Positions 37,886 to 51,600 of a stretch of 53,507 nt of DNA are shown here, one piece after another. The stretch spans positions 62,001 to 115,507 of the forward strand of contig NGBS01001181.1 in the NCBI GenBank assembly GCA_002245135.1, given 5' to 3'. A program made the position numbers and the translations under genes. The notes under the pieces were generated by a model. The model did not search any database and was not told the DNA's origin. It saw only the letters and a list, made by a program, of their open reading frames with translations. Source of the stretch: Proteromonas lacertae (taxonomy: Eukaryota). The stretch's first letter is position 1; each line of letters begins with the position of its first letter.

Positions 37886-40800
37886 CAGTAATGTATTAAT
37901 AAATTATATATTCATATAGTTATGATAATAGAAGAGAAATAGAATCAGAATTAGAAAGTGATGAAAAAAGGGAATATGAAACATATTTGAATGATGCTTT
38001 AGTGTGGGTGAAATCAAAAGAAGTTATTGATAAAAATGATGTGAATGAATTGGAGAATAGATTAAAAACTCTTAAAAATAGTAAATATCCTCAAATTATA
38101 GTTGAAGATGATAAAAAGGAAGAGGATGATGAAGTTAGTTACTTAATGAATATACTTTTAGATTATATGGAACAATATCCTCATTATTATCAATGTAATG
38201 TTATATCAGCACAAATAGAGAGTATAGCAAACCATGAAATGGATATTGAGTCATCAAAAGATAAGTTAAAGAAGTATATTACAAAATATGAAGTATAATA
38301 ATCGTTATTTTATTGTACTAGAAATATATTGATAATTATTTGTCTTCAAGAAATGATATAATGAAGAATATATCTCAAGAATTGTATATTGTAAAGTTTA
38401 TATTCTTTTTATAATAGAAATGATCTATTTAGAAAGATGTATGTTACAGTTCAGAATCCTGATAATCATATGAAAATAATTCATAATACAACTTCATTAT
38501 TGAAAGATGAATCTACAAAAAGACCACTTTCTGATTATAGTAATTTAAAAAGTGAATTGGCTGTTTTAAAGAATCAATTGAAGTATATATATTTTGGAAT
38601 ATATATGTTATTATAGACCAAGTAAGTTGTTGGAAGATATACAGAATAATGTAGATTTAGAAAGCAAAAGTGATTATGCTATACAGATTAAAGAATTGTT
38701 GAATAAATCATTTGATGAATCTAAATTAAGTGTAAGGTATAATAAATTGAAGATATTATATGGTAAATATATGGAAAGTGTGTTAAGTGATTTAAAGAAT
38801 GAGTTGAATAAGAAATACAATGATATTAACGAATTATTGAATAATAATAAGAATATACAAATAACAGAAGACGAACAATCAATAGTTGATGAATATATAA
38901 AACTAAAGAATAATGAATCAATAAAGAATATAGCTACTATGAAAGTAATAAATAATCAATTAGAAACAATTATTAGTGAATTAAATATTAGACTAGAAAA
39001 AGAAAAGAATGAAATTGAAAAGATAAAAGCCAAAATTGAACATTTGAAAGATTTAATGAGACATTATTCTGACAATCCTAAAAATGTTGAAATTAAATCG
39101 TATATAGAATCAATAGAATCCAAATCAATACCAATATCAGATTCAATAATCGTAATATCAAAATTAGAAATATATAATAATAAAATTAAAAGCTATATAA
39201 ATGAAATAGAAGTTAAAAAATCGAAGATGAAAAATGAAATAGATGATTTATATAATGAGTATAAGAGTTTGTGTAATAAAAATGAAGATATAATAAACAA
39301 AGAAATGATAAAAGTAATCGAAGAGTTAAAATCTTCAATAAAAGATTATTCATTAAATGAATATGAAGACATGAAATGTCGATTAGAAAAAGAAATCGAA
39401 CAAATAAAAGAGAAACAAAAACTGGAAAAAGAAAAAGAGGATAAATTGAAAGAACAGTTATTAAAAGAAGTGTATAGTATTGAAAATCTATTAAATTATA
39501 GGGAAATATGTCATACGCTTGAAAAGGAAGATAGAATGAAATATTTTCCGAAGTTGGAAGAGATTGAGAAAGAAATAAATGATGATAATTATAATATCAA
39601 ACATAGTATTCAAGCATTTGAAGAATGGATTAAAGTATTAAGAAATAATAAGAAAAACTATAAAGAAACTGAAATAGAAGTTAATAAAATAAATGAAGAG
39701 GAAAATGATAAAACCAATGAAAGTGAAGAAGATAAAAGTGTAGAAGTAAAAGACAAAGAAAATGAAGTAGAAATGTATATGGATAAAGAAAAAGAATTGG
39801 AAAATAAGACAGATCTAGTTATATTAGAAAATGAAAAAGGGAAAGAATTAGAAGAAAAATATGGGAAAGAATACAATAAAAAGGAAGAGTATATTGAAGT
39901 ACCAATTAAAATAGAAGAAATAATCAAAGTTGAGAATAATGTTAATATAGGTGATAAAGAGATGGTAGAAGTAGAGACAAAAGAAGCATTATCTAGAATT
40001 GATAAACAGAACAGTACTTATAAAGAAGAAGAATTAGATAAAGATGAAATTAACAAAGATGAAATCCTAGATGAAAGAGAAATAGATGATGATAATGAGG
40101 AGGAATTGAATGATAGTGACAGTGTAGAAAAACTAGTAAAAAATGAAGAAGATAAAGATGATGAGGAAGTTTTATCATCATCAGAGGAAGAAATAGATAA
40201 TGAAAAAGAAGAAATAGATGATGAAGGAATAAATAAAGTAATAAAAAGAGATGATGATGTAATGAAGTTGAGTGATGATGATGTTATTGATGATTTTGAA
40301 AATAATGAAAGTGATAGTTATTCTAGCAGTAATAGTAGTAATAGTAGTAGTGAAAAATCTGAAGAAGATGAAGATATTGATGATGATACAGACAATGCAG
40401 AAGTTGAATCTACTATCCACTCATCTGTCTCTTTAGTTTCAGATATTAAATATCACTCATTAAATGATGGATCTATTTCTTTTTCAATACCAAAAGTTGG
40501 TATTAACAATAACAGTAAGGAATCAAGTCAATTAAATAGTGTAGATTTATCTATACAAAACTATGATAATTCAAATACAACAACTGAATTTTCTACAACT
40601 ACATTTTCTTATTCAGATGACAAAATTCAAAACAATACTAGAAAAGATAATTTGTCTTTTCAGATTGCTTTTGAAATAAATTTGAAAAGCTATAATGAGA
40701 GTTATATAAATAGAAATGAAGCAAAAATTAATTATTTATATACAATTCCAGAAATTAAAAAAACATCTAGAGAAATACACAAATCAAGATATGATTATTC

Positions 40801-41448
40801 TCCATTACATACTTTTACTCCTGTAAAATATAATGCAAACAACATTCAAAACAATGAAGATATGAGTAGATATTCTACTCCAAGATTATATAAGCGCTGT
40901 GATGAAGAATATTTATACATTAATCATCCAGCCAATTCAACCTCTTCATCAAGTAGTGTTTGTTCTGATAGTTATTCATATGATTCAGCATGTCCTTTGT
41001 ATAATAATTATGATATGAGTAATTCAACTACATACTCATATTATACTCCATCCTCATCTTCTACTTCATCTTATAGTAGTTCATTGAATAGTAAACCATA
41101 TTATTATCATACTGACAAATATAATTCTACAAATTCAAACTTTATTAAACCAAAGAATATTTATAAAAGAAAAGTTTATGATGATTTACCTAAACATGAA
41201 TCCAATCCAAAAATAAAGTGTGAACCTCCATATAGAAGAATATCTGACATAAAAGAATCTTCAACAACAATAAAAGTAGATAATTTCAAACATAAATGGC
41301 TAAGTACCGATAATACTCTCAGAAAAAAACTAAATTATTTTGCATCATACAAATATGATATTGTATATACATTTTTATATCTTTCTCTATTTATAATAGG
41401 TTTATTTAATGTATAAGGATTTTAAAAAAGAAAATAGTAAATATTAAT
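36426..41448 (+). CDS. Divergent HSP110/HSP70-NBD protein B with coiled-coil, acidic and Ser/Tyr-rich tail
   Basis: MPIDHYGVDVGGRKIT start and the same NBD exon as gene A. Lid-like YETYLNDALVWVKS; short introns link it to the 940-aa ORF. The 3' end depends on a probable intron at 41363-41399. Confidence 0.7.
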
Positions 41449-41546
41449 AAATAATTGCTAATTTGTTTGTAATGTATTTAAATTCTTGTGATTTTGGTTA
41501 TAAATATGAATGAAAATAGATATTTAAAAATTGAGGTAAACCAAAA

Positions 41547-41558
41547 TTTTCGCGCCAA
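41547..41558 (+). promoter_or_regulatory. E2F-type element TTTTCGCGCCAA just upstream of the PrimPol ATG
   Basis: Matches the E2F consensus TTTSSCGC. A CGCGCC run is rare in this AT-rich DNA, and it lies 3 nt before a replication gene. Confidence 0.6.
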
Positions 41559-41561
41559 TAC

Positions 41562-43002
41562 ATGAAAAAGAGAATTATTCAGCCTACAGAGTACATATTC
41601 ATATATTACATACGGTTTAGGTTTTATGATCATTCTGAGATAATAATTAAACCATGTCCTGTTAGTATTGCTAAACCTTGTAGTAGATATTCGCCAACAT
41701 TCTACCCTTTACAGTCTCAAGCATTTGAAGAATATGATAGGAGAGAAAATGAAAATATAAAAGTATTATGGATAGCAATTATTCATTTAGGTGTTTTCTA
41801 GAGAAAATAGCGAGAATGGGAAAAGAGAGTTTTTTGTTGCTAATGAAGAAGAGTTTTGGAAATTTTACGATAATGAAGATATCTTTTTTAAATAGATTAA
41901 GTAATTCTTTAACTTATATAAATCCAATAGAAAGGCATTATTACGAGATAATAAAGGAGAATACACCTTGCAGACTATATTTTGATTTAGAAGTATTATA
42001 TATGTTTCTATATTACTTTAATAGTATGAAAAAGAGTTTAATGAAAGTGTAGATGAGAATAAACTATTAAATGATTTCTATTATTCAGTAAGCTCTGCAC
42101 TATTTTCTTTATTTGACATATATATAAATCCAAATAATTTTGTTCCATTATGTTCATCAAGAAAAGAAAAATTCAGTTATCATTTTGTTATTCATATGAA
42201 TGAAAAAATACTATTTAAATCAAATGTAGAAATAAAATCATTTATAGAAGAACTCTATAATAATTATTCACTACCATCTCTATGGGTAAATGGTAAAGAT
42301 GGTGATAATAGTGTTTATGTAATTGATAAAAATGTATATACAAAGAATAGAGCTTTTAGATTGTATTTGTCATCAAAGTATAATAAGAAACAAATACTAA
42401 CAACTCCTCCAAATATGGTTAATCCTTTGATATTATCATCAGAAGAAAGATTATCATTTTTCAAAAAGACATTAATTACAGATTTTTGGGATAAAGAAGA
42501 ATTAAAATCATTTAAATTATTGGATTATAAACATCATTTAGAATATAAAAATCCAATAATTGATAATAGAATTAATAGTGTTAATATATCTAATGATAGT
42601 AATTCTAATACAATTATCAATAATAATAATTTAATTTTTCAACCTCTAATCGATTATATATTAAACACTTTTCGTAATGGTGAAGCAAAACAATGTGATT
42701 CATATATTAGGAATTGGGTTTGTACTTATACTGAAAAGATATGTTTTATTGTACTGAATATTGAGAAGTACAGATGGTGTGGTAATATCAATAGATGGCA
42801 TAAATCTAATCATATATACTTTGTTGTGGATGTCAGTTATGGATGTTATTATCAGAAGTGTTATGATGTTGATTGCTCGAATTATAAATCAGAAGCAATT
42901 CCATTAACTCAAGATATTCTTAAATTGACAATTAATAGTCTACGAAAGTATTTTTGTGAGAATAAAATAGAAATTCCTTTAAATATTCAGAATATTACTT
43001 AG
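41562..43002 (+). CDS. PRIMPOL: DNA-directed primase/polymerase PrimPol (AEP family with UL52-type Zn finger)
   Basis: RHYYEIIKENTPCRLYFDLE (motif I DxE), KFSYH (motif II), VIDKNVYTKNRAFRLYLSSK (motif III) and Zn finger RWCGNINRWHKSN...YQKCYDVDC. Four introns, one of them AT-AA. Confidence 0.93.
41879..41921 (+). other. Putative U12-type AT-AA intron (43 nt) in PrimPol
   Basis: Starts ATATCTTTTTT, contains an in-frame TAG, has TTCTTTAAC at 41905-41913 and ends ATAA. Removal gives GKREFFVANEEEFWKFYDNE-D-PIERHYYEII, matching PrimPol FWxxY...H-x-YE spacing. Confidence 0.75.
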
Positions 43003-43094
43003 TATGAAGTTGTATTAACAAAACAACTCAATAGAATTCTAAATTTGTTAATTACATTAAAATAAGTTAATATGGTGCTGTGTTTTTTCTTTTT

Positions 43095-46000
43095 TTATAC
43101 ATTCCTTTTATATTATTGTGATTAATATTCTTTGGTGTAGTTTTTTTCTTTGACATTTCCTAAAATTATATAAATGAGTTATTCATTATACTTTTACTTG
43201 CATTAGTAATGTATTTAAGGCTAAATAAATATCTTGCAAATGTTCTTTTGTCTTTTCATTTAATTTATTCCCTTTTATTAATGAATTTTTGTTAGGAAAT
43301 GATCTTATTATATTAGGAATTTCTACTCTATCTTTTATTGCCACATCCTGTAACAATGGTTCTAGATTTAGTATTTTTTTCTTTATATCATCGATCAGTT
43401 TAATTTTATCAATATCTACATCTATTTCAGATATATTAGATTTATTTTCTTTTTGTCTTTTAGGAGATTGAATTATCTAAATTATATATATTATTACAAA
43501 TACTCCTTCTACATCATTTCTTAATGATATAACAGCTTCAAGCTTTTTATCTAGTGTTATTTCTGAATCTTCTCTCAATTCATCTCCAATTGTTAAATCA
43601 CCATTTCTTTTTCTTAGTATGTCTGGTATTGTTATTCTATCTTCTAGATGATATGTTTTTATTTCTAGTCTTATATACTTTCTAAAATATAATATTACTA
43701 AATCAATACAAATGTCTTTTTATTTCATCTATAATGTCAAATTTTGTTGATGGCTATAAAACAAATAAGAATTGATATTTATACAGAAGATATTTTCCTA
43801 TTTTTGATAATCCTATCCTTAATACTATCATTTTTTGGTGTTTTAATCTCAATCTTTATAATCTCATCATGATTTGCTTTTAATGGAGTGTTATTCTTAG
43901 ATCTTGGAGTTTTTTTTTGTTTAATATATAAATTGTTCTTTATATTATTTTTTATTTTCTAAACAGAATTATAAAATGAGTTAATTATACTTCTATTTCT
44001 TTCATCAAATCATCTAATTGAATTATCTTAGAGTGTAATGACTGGTTTGTATATTTCTCTAAATTGTTTCCTTCAATTAATTGATTTGTCTTTTTATTCA
44101 GCAAATCTGGATTTATTTTTACTTTTCTTAATATACTGTCATTTTTTAATTCTTCCTTCACAATCTTCAATTTTTCATGTATTTCATTTATCAATTTTCT
44201 TTTTATATCTAATATAATATCTATCTCTTTTATATAATCATCACTCTCATTCAATAATCTATCCAAATCACAATTTGATATTTTTGTTGAAATTTTAGAC
44301 TTTAAGTAAACAGGAATTTCTATTTCTTCATTTAAATGTTTATATTTCTCACAATAACCTAAAATTCCCTTTCTAAATCAATAAAACATACGAAAAATAC
44401 ATCCTTTCATTTAATATTATTATCTTTCTCATTCTTTCATTATTTTCTTCATTATTTTGAATGGTGTTGTTATTTGCTTTTATTTCATTCTTATTTGTTG
44501 CTGATTCTCTGTAATTTTCTTTTAATATAACCTATATCATTATTTTATACAATAAGACAAAATACTGGCAATTGTTTCATCAGTTTAATGACTTTATTAT
44601 ATACTTCATTAATTTTATTATTATTTGGTAGTTTTTTACCAACAATTAATCTACCAGTTTTCTTGCATATTAAACTCTTATCGATATGTAAATCTTCATA
44701 TGGGATGATATTATTATTTACCATAGAGTGAATAAAAAACCTATTAAATTTAAAATGTAAAAACAATACAAATTTGAAATAATTATATCACTTCTCTTTG
44801 TCATTATATTCTTTTCTTCTTCCTATTTATAAAATAGTAAATAATATAATACAATTATTACATCTAAACAATTAATAGTTTTATTGATTAGATTTTTAAC
44901 ATTTGAATATACCATATTCTTTAAATCTCCATAATCTTTCAATTCTTTTAAATAGTTCTTTATTTCTTTTTTGTCACTCAATTGAAGGTTAATTCTACAT
45001 AATTTATTAACAATTTCTCTATAAATTATAGGTGAAATAATGAAAATACTTAAAACACTCTATGATAGTAATTAACTTATCAATATTTTGATTATCTTCG
45101 TTTATCTTATTTATAACTTCTATTTGTTGGTTATTATTATATTTTATTTTCTGCATTTCAGAGCCATTATTAACAATTCTTTCATTTTTCTTAATATTCA
45201 TGATAGATGTCATTTCATTAATCACATTATCATAATCACTTAACGGATATTGTTCATCTTTATACACCATATCTTTCGCCATTCTAATAACATCCTCTTT
45301 AATTAGTTCTGGATTACTGTTCTTGTTAAATCTATCAAAATAGATATATATTAGGATATACTCAACTAACAAATTATTCAATTTTTCTTTTTTTTCCTTT
45401 TGTTTCACATTATATTCAATAATAAATTTCTAATAAGTACAGAATATTTAATAGTTATACTTCATATTTCTCTAATTCCTTTGATAATTTCTTATGTTGA
45501 CTATCATATTCACTATCATTTAATGGGACTTGTTTATTTTGGTTAATTTCTGCTTTTAATATATCAATGGAAGAATAAAATGGATAATTCTTCATATTTG
45601 ACTCTAGTTTATTTATTAATGCTTGTATTTCAGAATGTTTACGTGAAATATCTACATTTGGAGAACATTCTTTTAGATAATTTGGTTGAGTATTACTTCT
45701 CTTTTTTAAACCTTTTATAACCTTATCATTCTTTATGGCATTTCTATTCTTACCATCTTCACATCTAGCATCAATATAATTTTGGTTAGTTTTGGGAGTA
45801 TGTAACTCATTCTTCTGATAATCATTCTTTAATATTACATTCTTTATGATATGATCTTTCATAATCAGATTGTCATTATGTTTAATAATTTCTAAATTTT
45901 TATCGTTCTTTTTGTAGGAATTATCATTTTCTTCTAAATCATTCAATATTTGTTGAAGTTGAGCAAATCTAACAACTGGATTGTTTTGTTTATTTGCTTC

Positions 46001-48680
46001 TTCCATTTTTCTTTTTATTTCTTTCATTTTAGGAGAATATGGATTTTTCTTCATATAATCATCTAATTGCTTCAATACTTTATTAATTCCTTCTTCTATA
46101 TTATTATCTCTATTTGAAGATTTTGGTGGTGATTCATTTATCATATTTCTACTATTTTTGTGAATTGTTAATTGACTAATTATATCTTTATATTCTTGTA
46201 ATGAATGATAATTTTCATCATTTATTAGTCTTATTATTCGATTCATATCATCAGAATTCAGTCTGTTCTTATTACCATCTCCACATATCATTTCTGTTAT
46301 TCTTTTTATACAATCATTTCTTTGGTTGTTATAATCACTGATATATATCTATCATTATTAAAAATAACAAATTATACTTTAAAATTCTCCAATCTTGAAG
46401 AAAGTTTGTCGAATTGAGTATTATATTCAATTGATGATAAAGGTAATGCTTTTATCTTTTCAATTTGTTTTTTAATCATTCTGATGTTTGGATATTCAGG
46501 AAATTGGTTTATACAAGATTCTAATTCTTTAATCAAATTATCAATCTCTTCTTGATGATGTTGAGGCATTGGGAGTGGTCTAAATCAAATAACAACAATA
46601 AATAGAATATTATACGATGGATCAATATTTTTCACTGGAGAACTATTTTTTCTTTTATTCAAAATAATATTGTTATCTAAAACAGGAATTGGAACAGGGT
46701 TATTTGAATTAGAAGGTGATGGAGTAGAATTATATCCACCCGTTTTATGTCTTCCTCTTAAAATATTCATACTACAAAAGAAAAATATTAATTCATACTT
46801 TCTCATCTCATCTTCAACAATACTTAATTTTTCTTTAATCTTTTCAATATATATATTCTTCATTTTATTCTCTCTATTGATGTCTTTTAAATATGCAGAT
46901 ACTTTACTCTCTTTTTTGTACTTGTTTCTAAATACTTCACTTATTAAGTTTAGCTTTTTTATCAGTATTCTCTTATACAAATCTTCAATTTCATCATAAT
47001 TGTTATTATCAACTAATTTCTTTGATTTTACTCTCTTTAATACTTCACTTATTTCATTCTTATTCTCATCTGTATTTATAATTGTATTATCTTCTAATAA
47101 ATGTTGTAGATAATAACTAATAATAATAATAATAATAATAATATGATTATCTTTATATATACCATTCTCCTTCTATTTCATTTCTTAATGAAGCACATTT
47201 TTGAACTATTGATTCATTTTTACATATTCTTTTGATTGTATCATATATTTTACTAATTCGTTCTTTTACATTCCATGTGTTATTACATTTGTCATTATTT
47301 AATCTGGAAGAAGATTCTATTTGATGGATTATTATTTTCTTTTCATTATATGAATATCTCCATTTTCCACTTTGAATTAATCCATAATAACTATTACCTA
47401 AACTCATACATTCATCCATGTTTATTGTTCGATTTAAATTTATATCATTATCTAACTCACTCTTTACATAATTTTCTATCTCTTTTTGAATTAAAGGAAT
47501 TCTTAAACTTCCTCCTATTATCACTATCTCTAATTTCTTATTATCTTCTTCTTCTATTAAACCACTATTTACAATACTGTCTTTTATTATATCAATCACT
47601 TTGGTATTTATTCCATTATTTTTCAATATTTCATTTAATTCATTTACACTGTAATCACTTTCATAATCATTATCACCATCATCAATACTTATATGAATTG
47701 TATCAGCTCCACTTGCACTTAACTTCTCTTTCATCTTTATTATCTCTTCTTTCACTTTCACATATAATTTTTCACTTATATTATCTATATTCATACCCAT
47801 TTTTCCAATCAAAGCATTTACTAATAAATTATCGATATATCGACCTCCAATCTTATCATTGTTATAACTGTGACTTAATATCTCACATTCATCTTTCTTG
47901 TATTTTACTATTGTACTACTACAGTTTATATAACCCATATCTAATAATAAAACAATTCTCTCTTCATTTTCATTCAATTTATTGTTGTTTTCATATCCAA
48001 AACATAAACTCGCACTTAAATATTCAGGAATATTCTTTAGAACTTTCATTTCACATACTTTATATAATTCATTTATATATTCGATTTGTTTTTCATTGTA
48101 ATAACATGGATGACATATTATTACTTCATTTCCTTCTTTCATCATTGTTTCTTTCAAATATTTCATTAACAATACAAATAATGTATCACATGCAAAATAT
48201 CCATCACTACAGTTTAAATCATTAAATTTCAATTTAGGCAACTAAATAAATAGATAAATAAAGAAGAAAAAATACTTTAAAACATAAACCATTTTTATCT
48301 ATTTTTACTTCACTTGGATAGAATTTATAATTCTCAGTTTGGATATTCAAACCATCAACAATGTATTTACCAAGATATTCTTTCAATTCACAAGCTGAAT
48401 TGTTATATAAGCGAATTAACTAAAAATATCAAACATATATATACATTTGTTTTGGCAGCTCTTCCATAATAGAGTTTTATTCCATCTGTAACTAATCCAA
48501 CACTATAAATAACAACTGTAAAAATACAATGTTAATCTCTCACTATATGCATTTTCTTTTATCTGACAATTAATTCCATTATACTCTGATATTACACAAT
48601 TCCTTCCTCCAAAATCTACTCCATAATGATAAGCTAAATGACAAATAAATATTAACCATACTTTGTTTTGATTTATTCAT
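43095..48680 (-). CDS. Divergent HSP110/HSP70-NBD protein A' (5' half near-identical to A, distinct 3' half)
   Basis: Mirror of 30642-33426, followed by a unique multi-exon tail with canonical short introns, ending ...NIKRNV-TAA at 43095. Confidence 0.7.
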
Positions 48681-51600
48681 TTTTTGATAACTTATATTAT
48701 ATGCGAGACTAGAATATAATTTGCTATTGTGTAAATTTAGAAAAAAACAAAAATCTAACTCTCAAGCCCAAAACTTGAAAGAAACAAAACAGTCATTTTT
48801 TCAATAAATTAAAAACACACAAACTAAAATGAAATAACTAATTTATTGAGTTGTTTGAAGATTAGCAATATCTAAATTAGAAAGAGATTCTGTGTTTGGA
48901 ACATCTGGAACACTTTCCAACTTTTCATCTCTTGATAGTTGTACTTCACTTCTCAATCCAGTATTATATGTAATTATAAACTATATATAATATATAAACA
49001 ATAATAAAATATACTCCAACTCTCATTTGTTTCAACAATTGACAAAATTGTTCAGATATTTGTGGACACGAAGATACATCCAAAGACATCAAATGTTCAC
49101 ACTTATGGAATAATCTGTTAATGCACTGTTCAGTTAATTTAGCACAATAAGCAACATTTAATACTCTTAAGCCAGAATGAGCTTCACTTATTGCATTTAA
49201 ACCAATATCTGTAATTCTTCTACAATAACTTAAATCTAACAATTCAATCCATGATTTATTAGACAAATTAAATAATGCTTGATCGGTTAATAAACGACAA
49301 TGACCTAAATATAAACTATCAATTGTATATAACTTGTCAGAAATAACTTCTACTGATTTGTCTGTTATTTTTCCTAAACCAGTCAAATTCAACTTTTGTA
49401 ATTGTACAAAACTATTAACTAACAATTCAATATCTTCATCATCAAAATTAAGACAATAAGAAATATCTAAATAAGTAAGAGTTTCATGTAATATTTCATT
49501 AGCACATAAATATTCAATTGATTTACTAGTTAATCTTCTACATCCTGATAATATCAATGTTTTTAATTGATTACATCTTTCAGATATTCCATGTATTGTA
49601 TCATCTGTTAGTTGATGACAATCTGTTACATCTAATATTAATAAACTTGCAAAGAAATTCTCTTTTGATAATGGTCTATCATCAATTAATGGATTATAAA
49701 AGAATGATGTATCTGTAATACTATTCAACTCAGCAAGATTCAAGTGTGTAATATGCCATAGTTTATGAGAAATATAAACTGTACCATTATCAGTAACAGA
49801 ATTGCAATGACTAATATTCAATACTTGAAGGTTTGTAAATGTCTTTGATAATGATATTATTGTTTCATCTGTGACTCTGCTACAGCCTGATAGATCTATT
49901 ATATTCATATAACTTGGTATTATTGTATTAATCATATTCAATAAACCATTATCTGTGATTTGTATTGACCACTATAATATAATATAATATATATATATAA
50001 ATATACTTCAATTTTTAATGTTTTTAACATAGAACAATTCTTTCCAATTGCATCTAATGTAAGATCAGTTATACTTCTCATATTGTTCAAATTCAATTCT
50101 TCCAAAAATTGGCAACTTTGTACAACAGGAATAACACCTTCATCAGTTACTAAACTACACTTTTCAAGACTCAAATTCCTCAAATTGTGAAGATTAGCAA
50201 TATACTGAACACAAATATCATTCATAAGTGGACAATTATTCAAAACCAACGATTCTAATTTTTGACACCTTTTCGCTAAGAAAGCAACAGATTCTTCAGA
50301 AACATCATTACAACCTGATAAATTAAGATGTTCAATTCCATGTAAGTTATTACTCAATATATCAATCTCATGAACAGAAATATCAGACATATTTGGTAAT
50401 TCTAAATCTCTTAAACTCATTCCTTGTATCACAGTATGAATAATATGTGTAACTAATCGAGGAGTAGTTAAACTATTAACCCAATCTAAACTAGTATTTC
50501 TACCATAATAAGTTGGATTAATACAGACTACATTTTGAATCATACTTGCACCTACTTCACTGTATTTTGGATCAATTCCATCAGATAATAACATAAACTT
50601 TTCAGGTAATTTTCCTAATCTTTCAACTGAATCATCATAATAATGTGAATTCAATTTCATTAATAAGAAATAACCTTCATAGACAACATCACAGTATAAT
50701 GGATCAGCAGGTAAACCATCTAATAAAGCAGCAATACCATCTTCAATGTGTGTATCATAGAAGAAATGAATTGCTTTCATTACATCTGCTTTATATTCAC
50801 TTTGATCTTCATATCTTGTTGAATCTAAACTGTAATGAGCACATAATGCTTTAGCATAATCATCAAGAATTAATTTGTCATTTGGAACTTTTCTCAAAGC
50901 TAATTTGAATCTATCACTAGCTAACTTGTAGAATCTTCCTATTTCTGTTGAATTATCTTTAGTTCCCAATATAAAATGATGTTTAATATGTGTTCTATCA
51001 ATTGTATCTGTATATACAGCAACATGACATAATTCACCTTCGAAAAAGTCACTTCCTTCTGTCTCATTCTTTGAGGGAGTTTGAGCACCAATGCAAAATG
51101 GAATTTTTAACTTTTCAATTGCTTTTGTTTCATATTCTCTTGTGATTTCACCTCTTCTTGTTTCATTTTTTCATATTTTCATGAACTCTTGCTTTAATAG
51201 ATGTTTCTAATTCTGTAATAACTGTTCTTTTGCTAATCTCAATGCTTCACCCATCAATAGTTGGGGTGGTAATTTATCTTTGGATTTGCCTACATCTATT
51301 GATTCTAATATTGTTGGTTTATCTTCATCTATCTCACTTTGCATTGTTACTTGATTCACATGATCTGGAGCTGATTCTGTTATTTCTGCTGCTTTCTTTG
51401 TAGTTTGTTCTGTCAATGATCTTCCTACTTTAGATTGAGTTGCATTTCTTTCCTTCATTCTTTTCTTTCTATATTTCTCTTTTCTATTAATTTCTTTGCT
51501 ATTGTTTCTAATTCTTTCTTACTGGATGGTTGATCTAGTCTTTGTCCTTCTATTTCTCTTGCTTCATCAATTTCATGTTTTGCTTCTTTTTCTTCTTCTA

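Noticed and set aside
41901..41930. Canonical-looking 30-nt GT-AG intron in PrimPol
   Set aside because: An in-frame TAG at 41893-41895 precedes the donor, so it cannot restore the protein.
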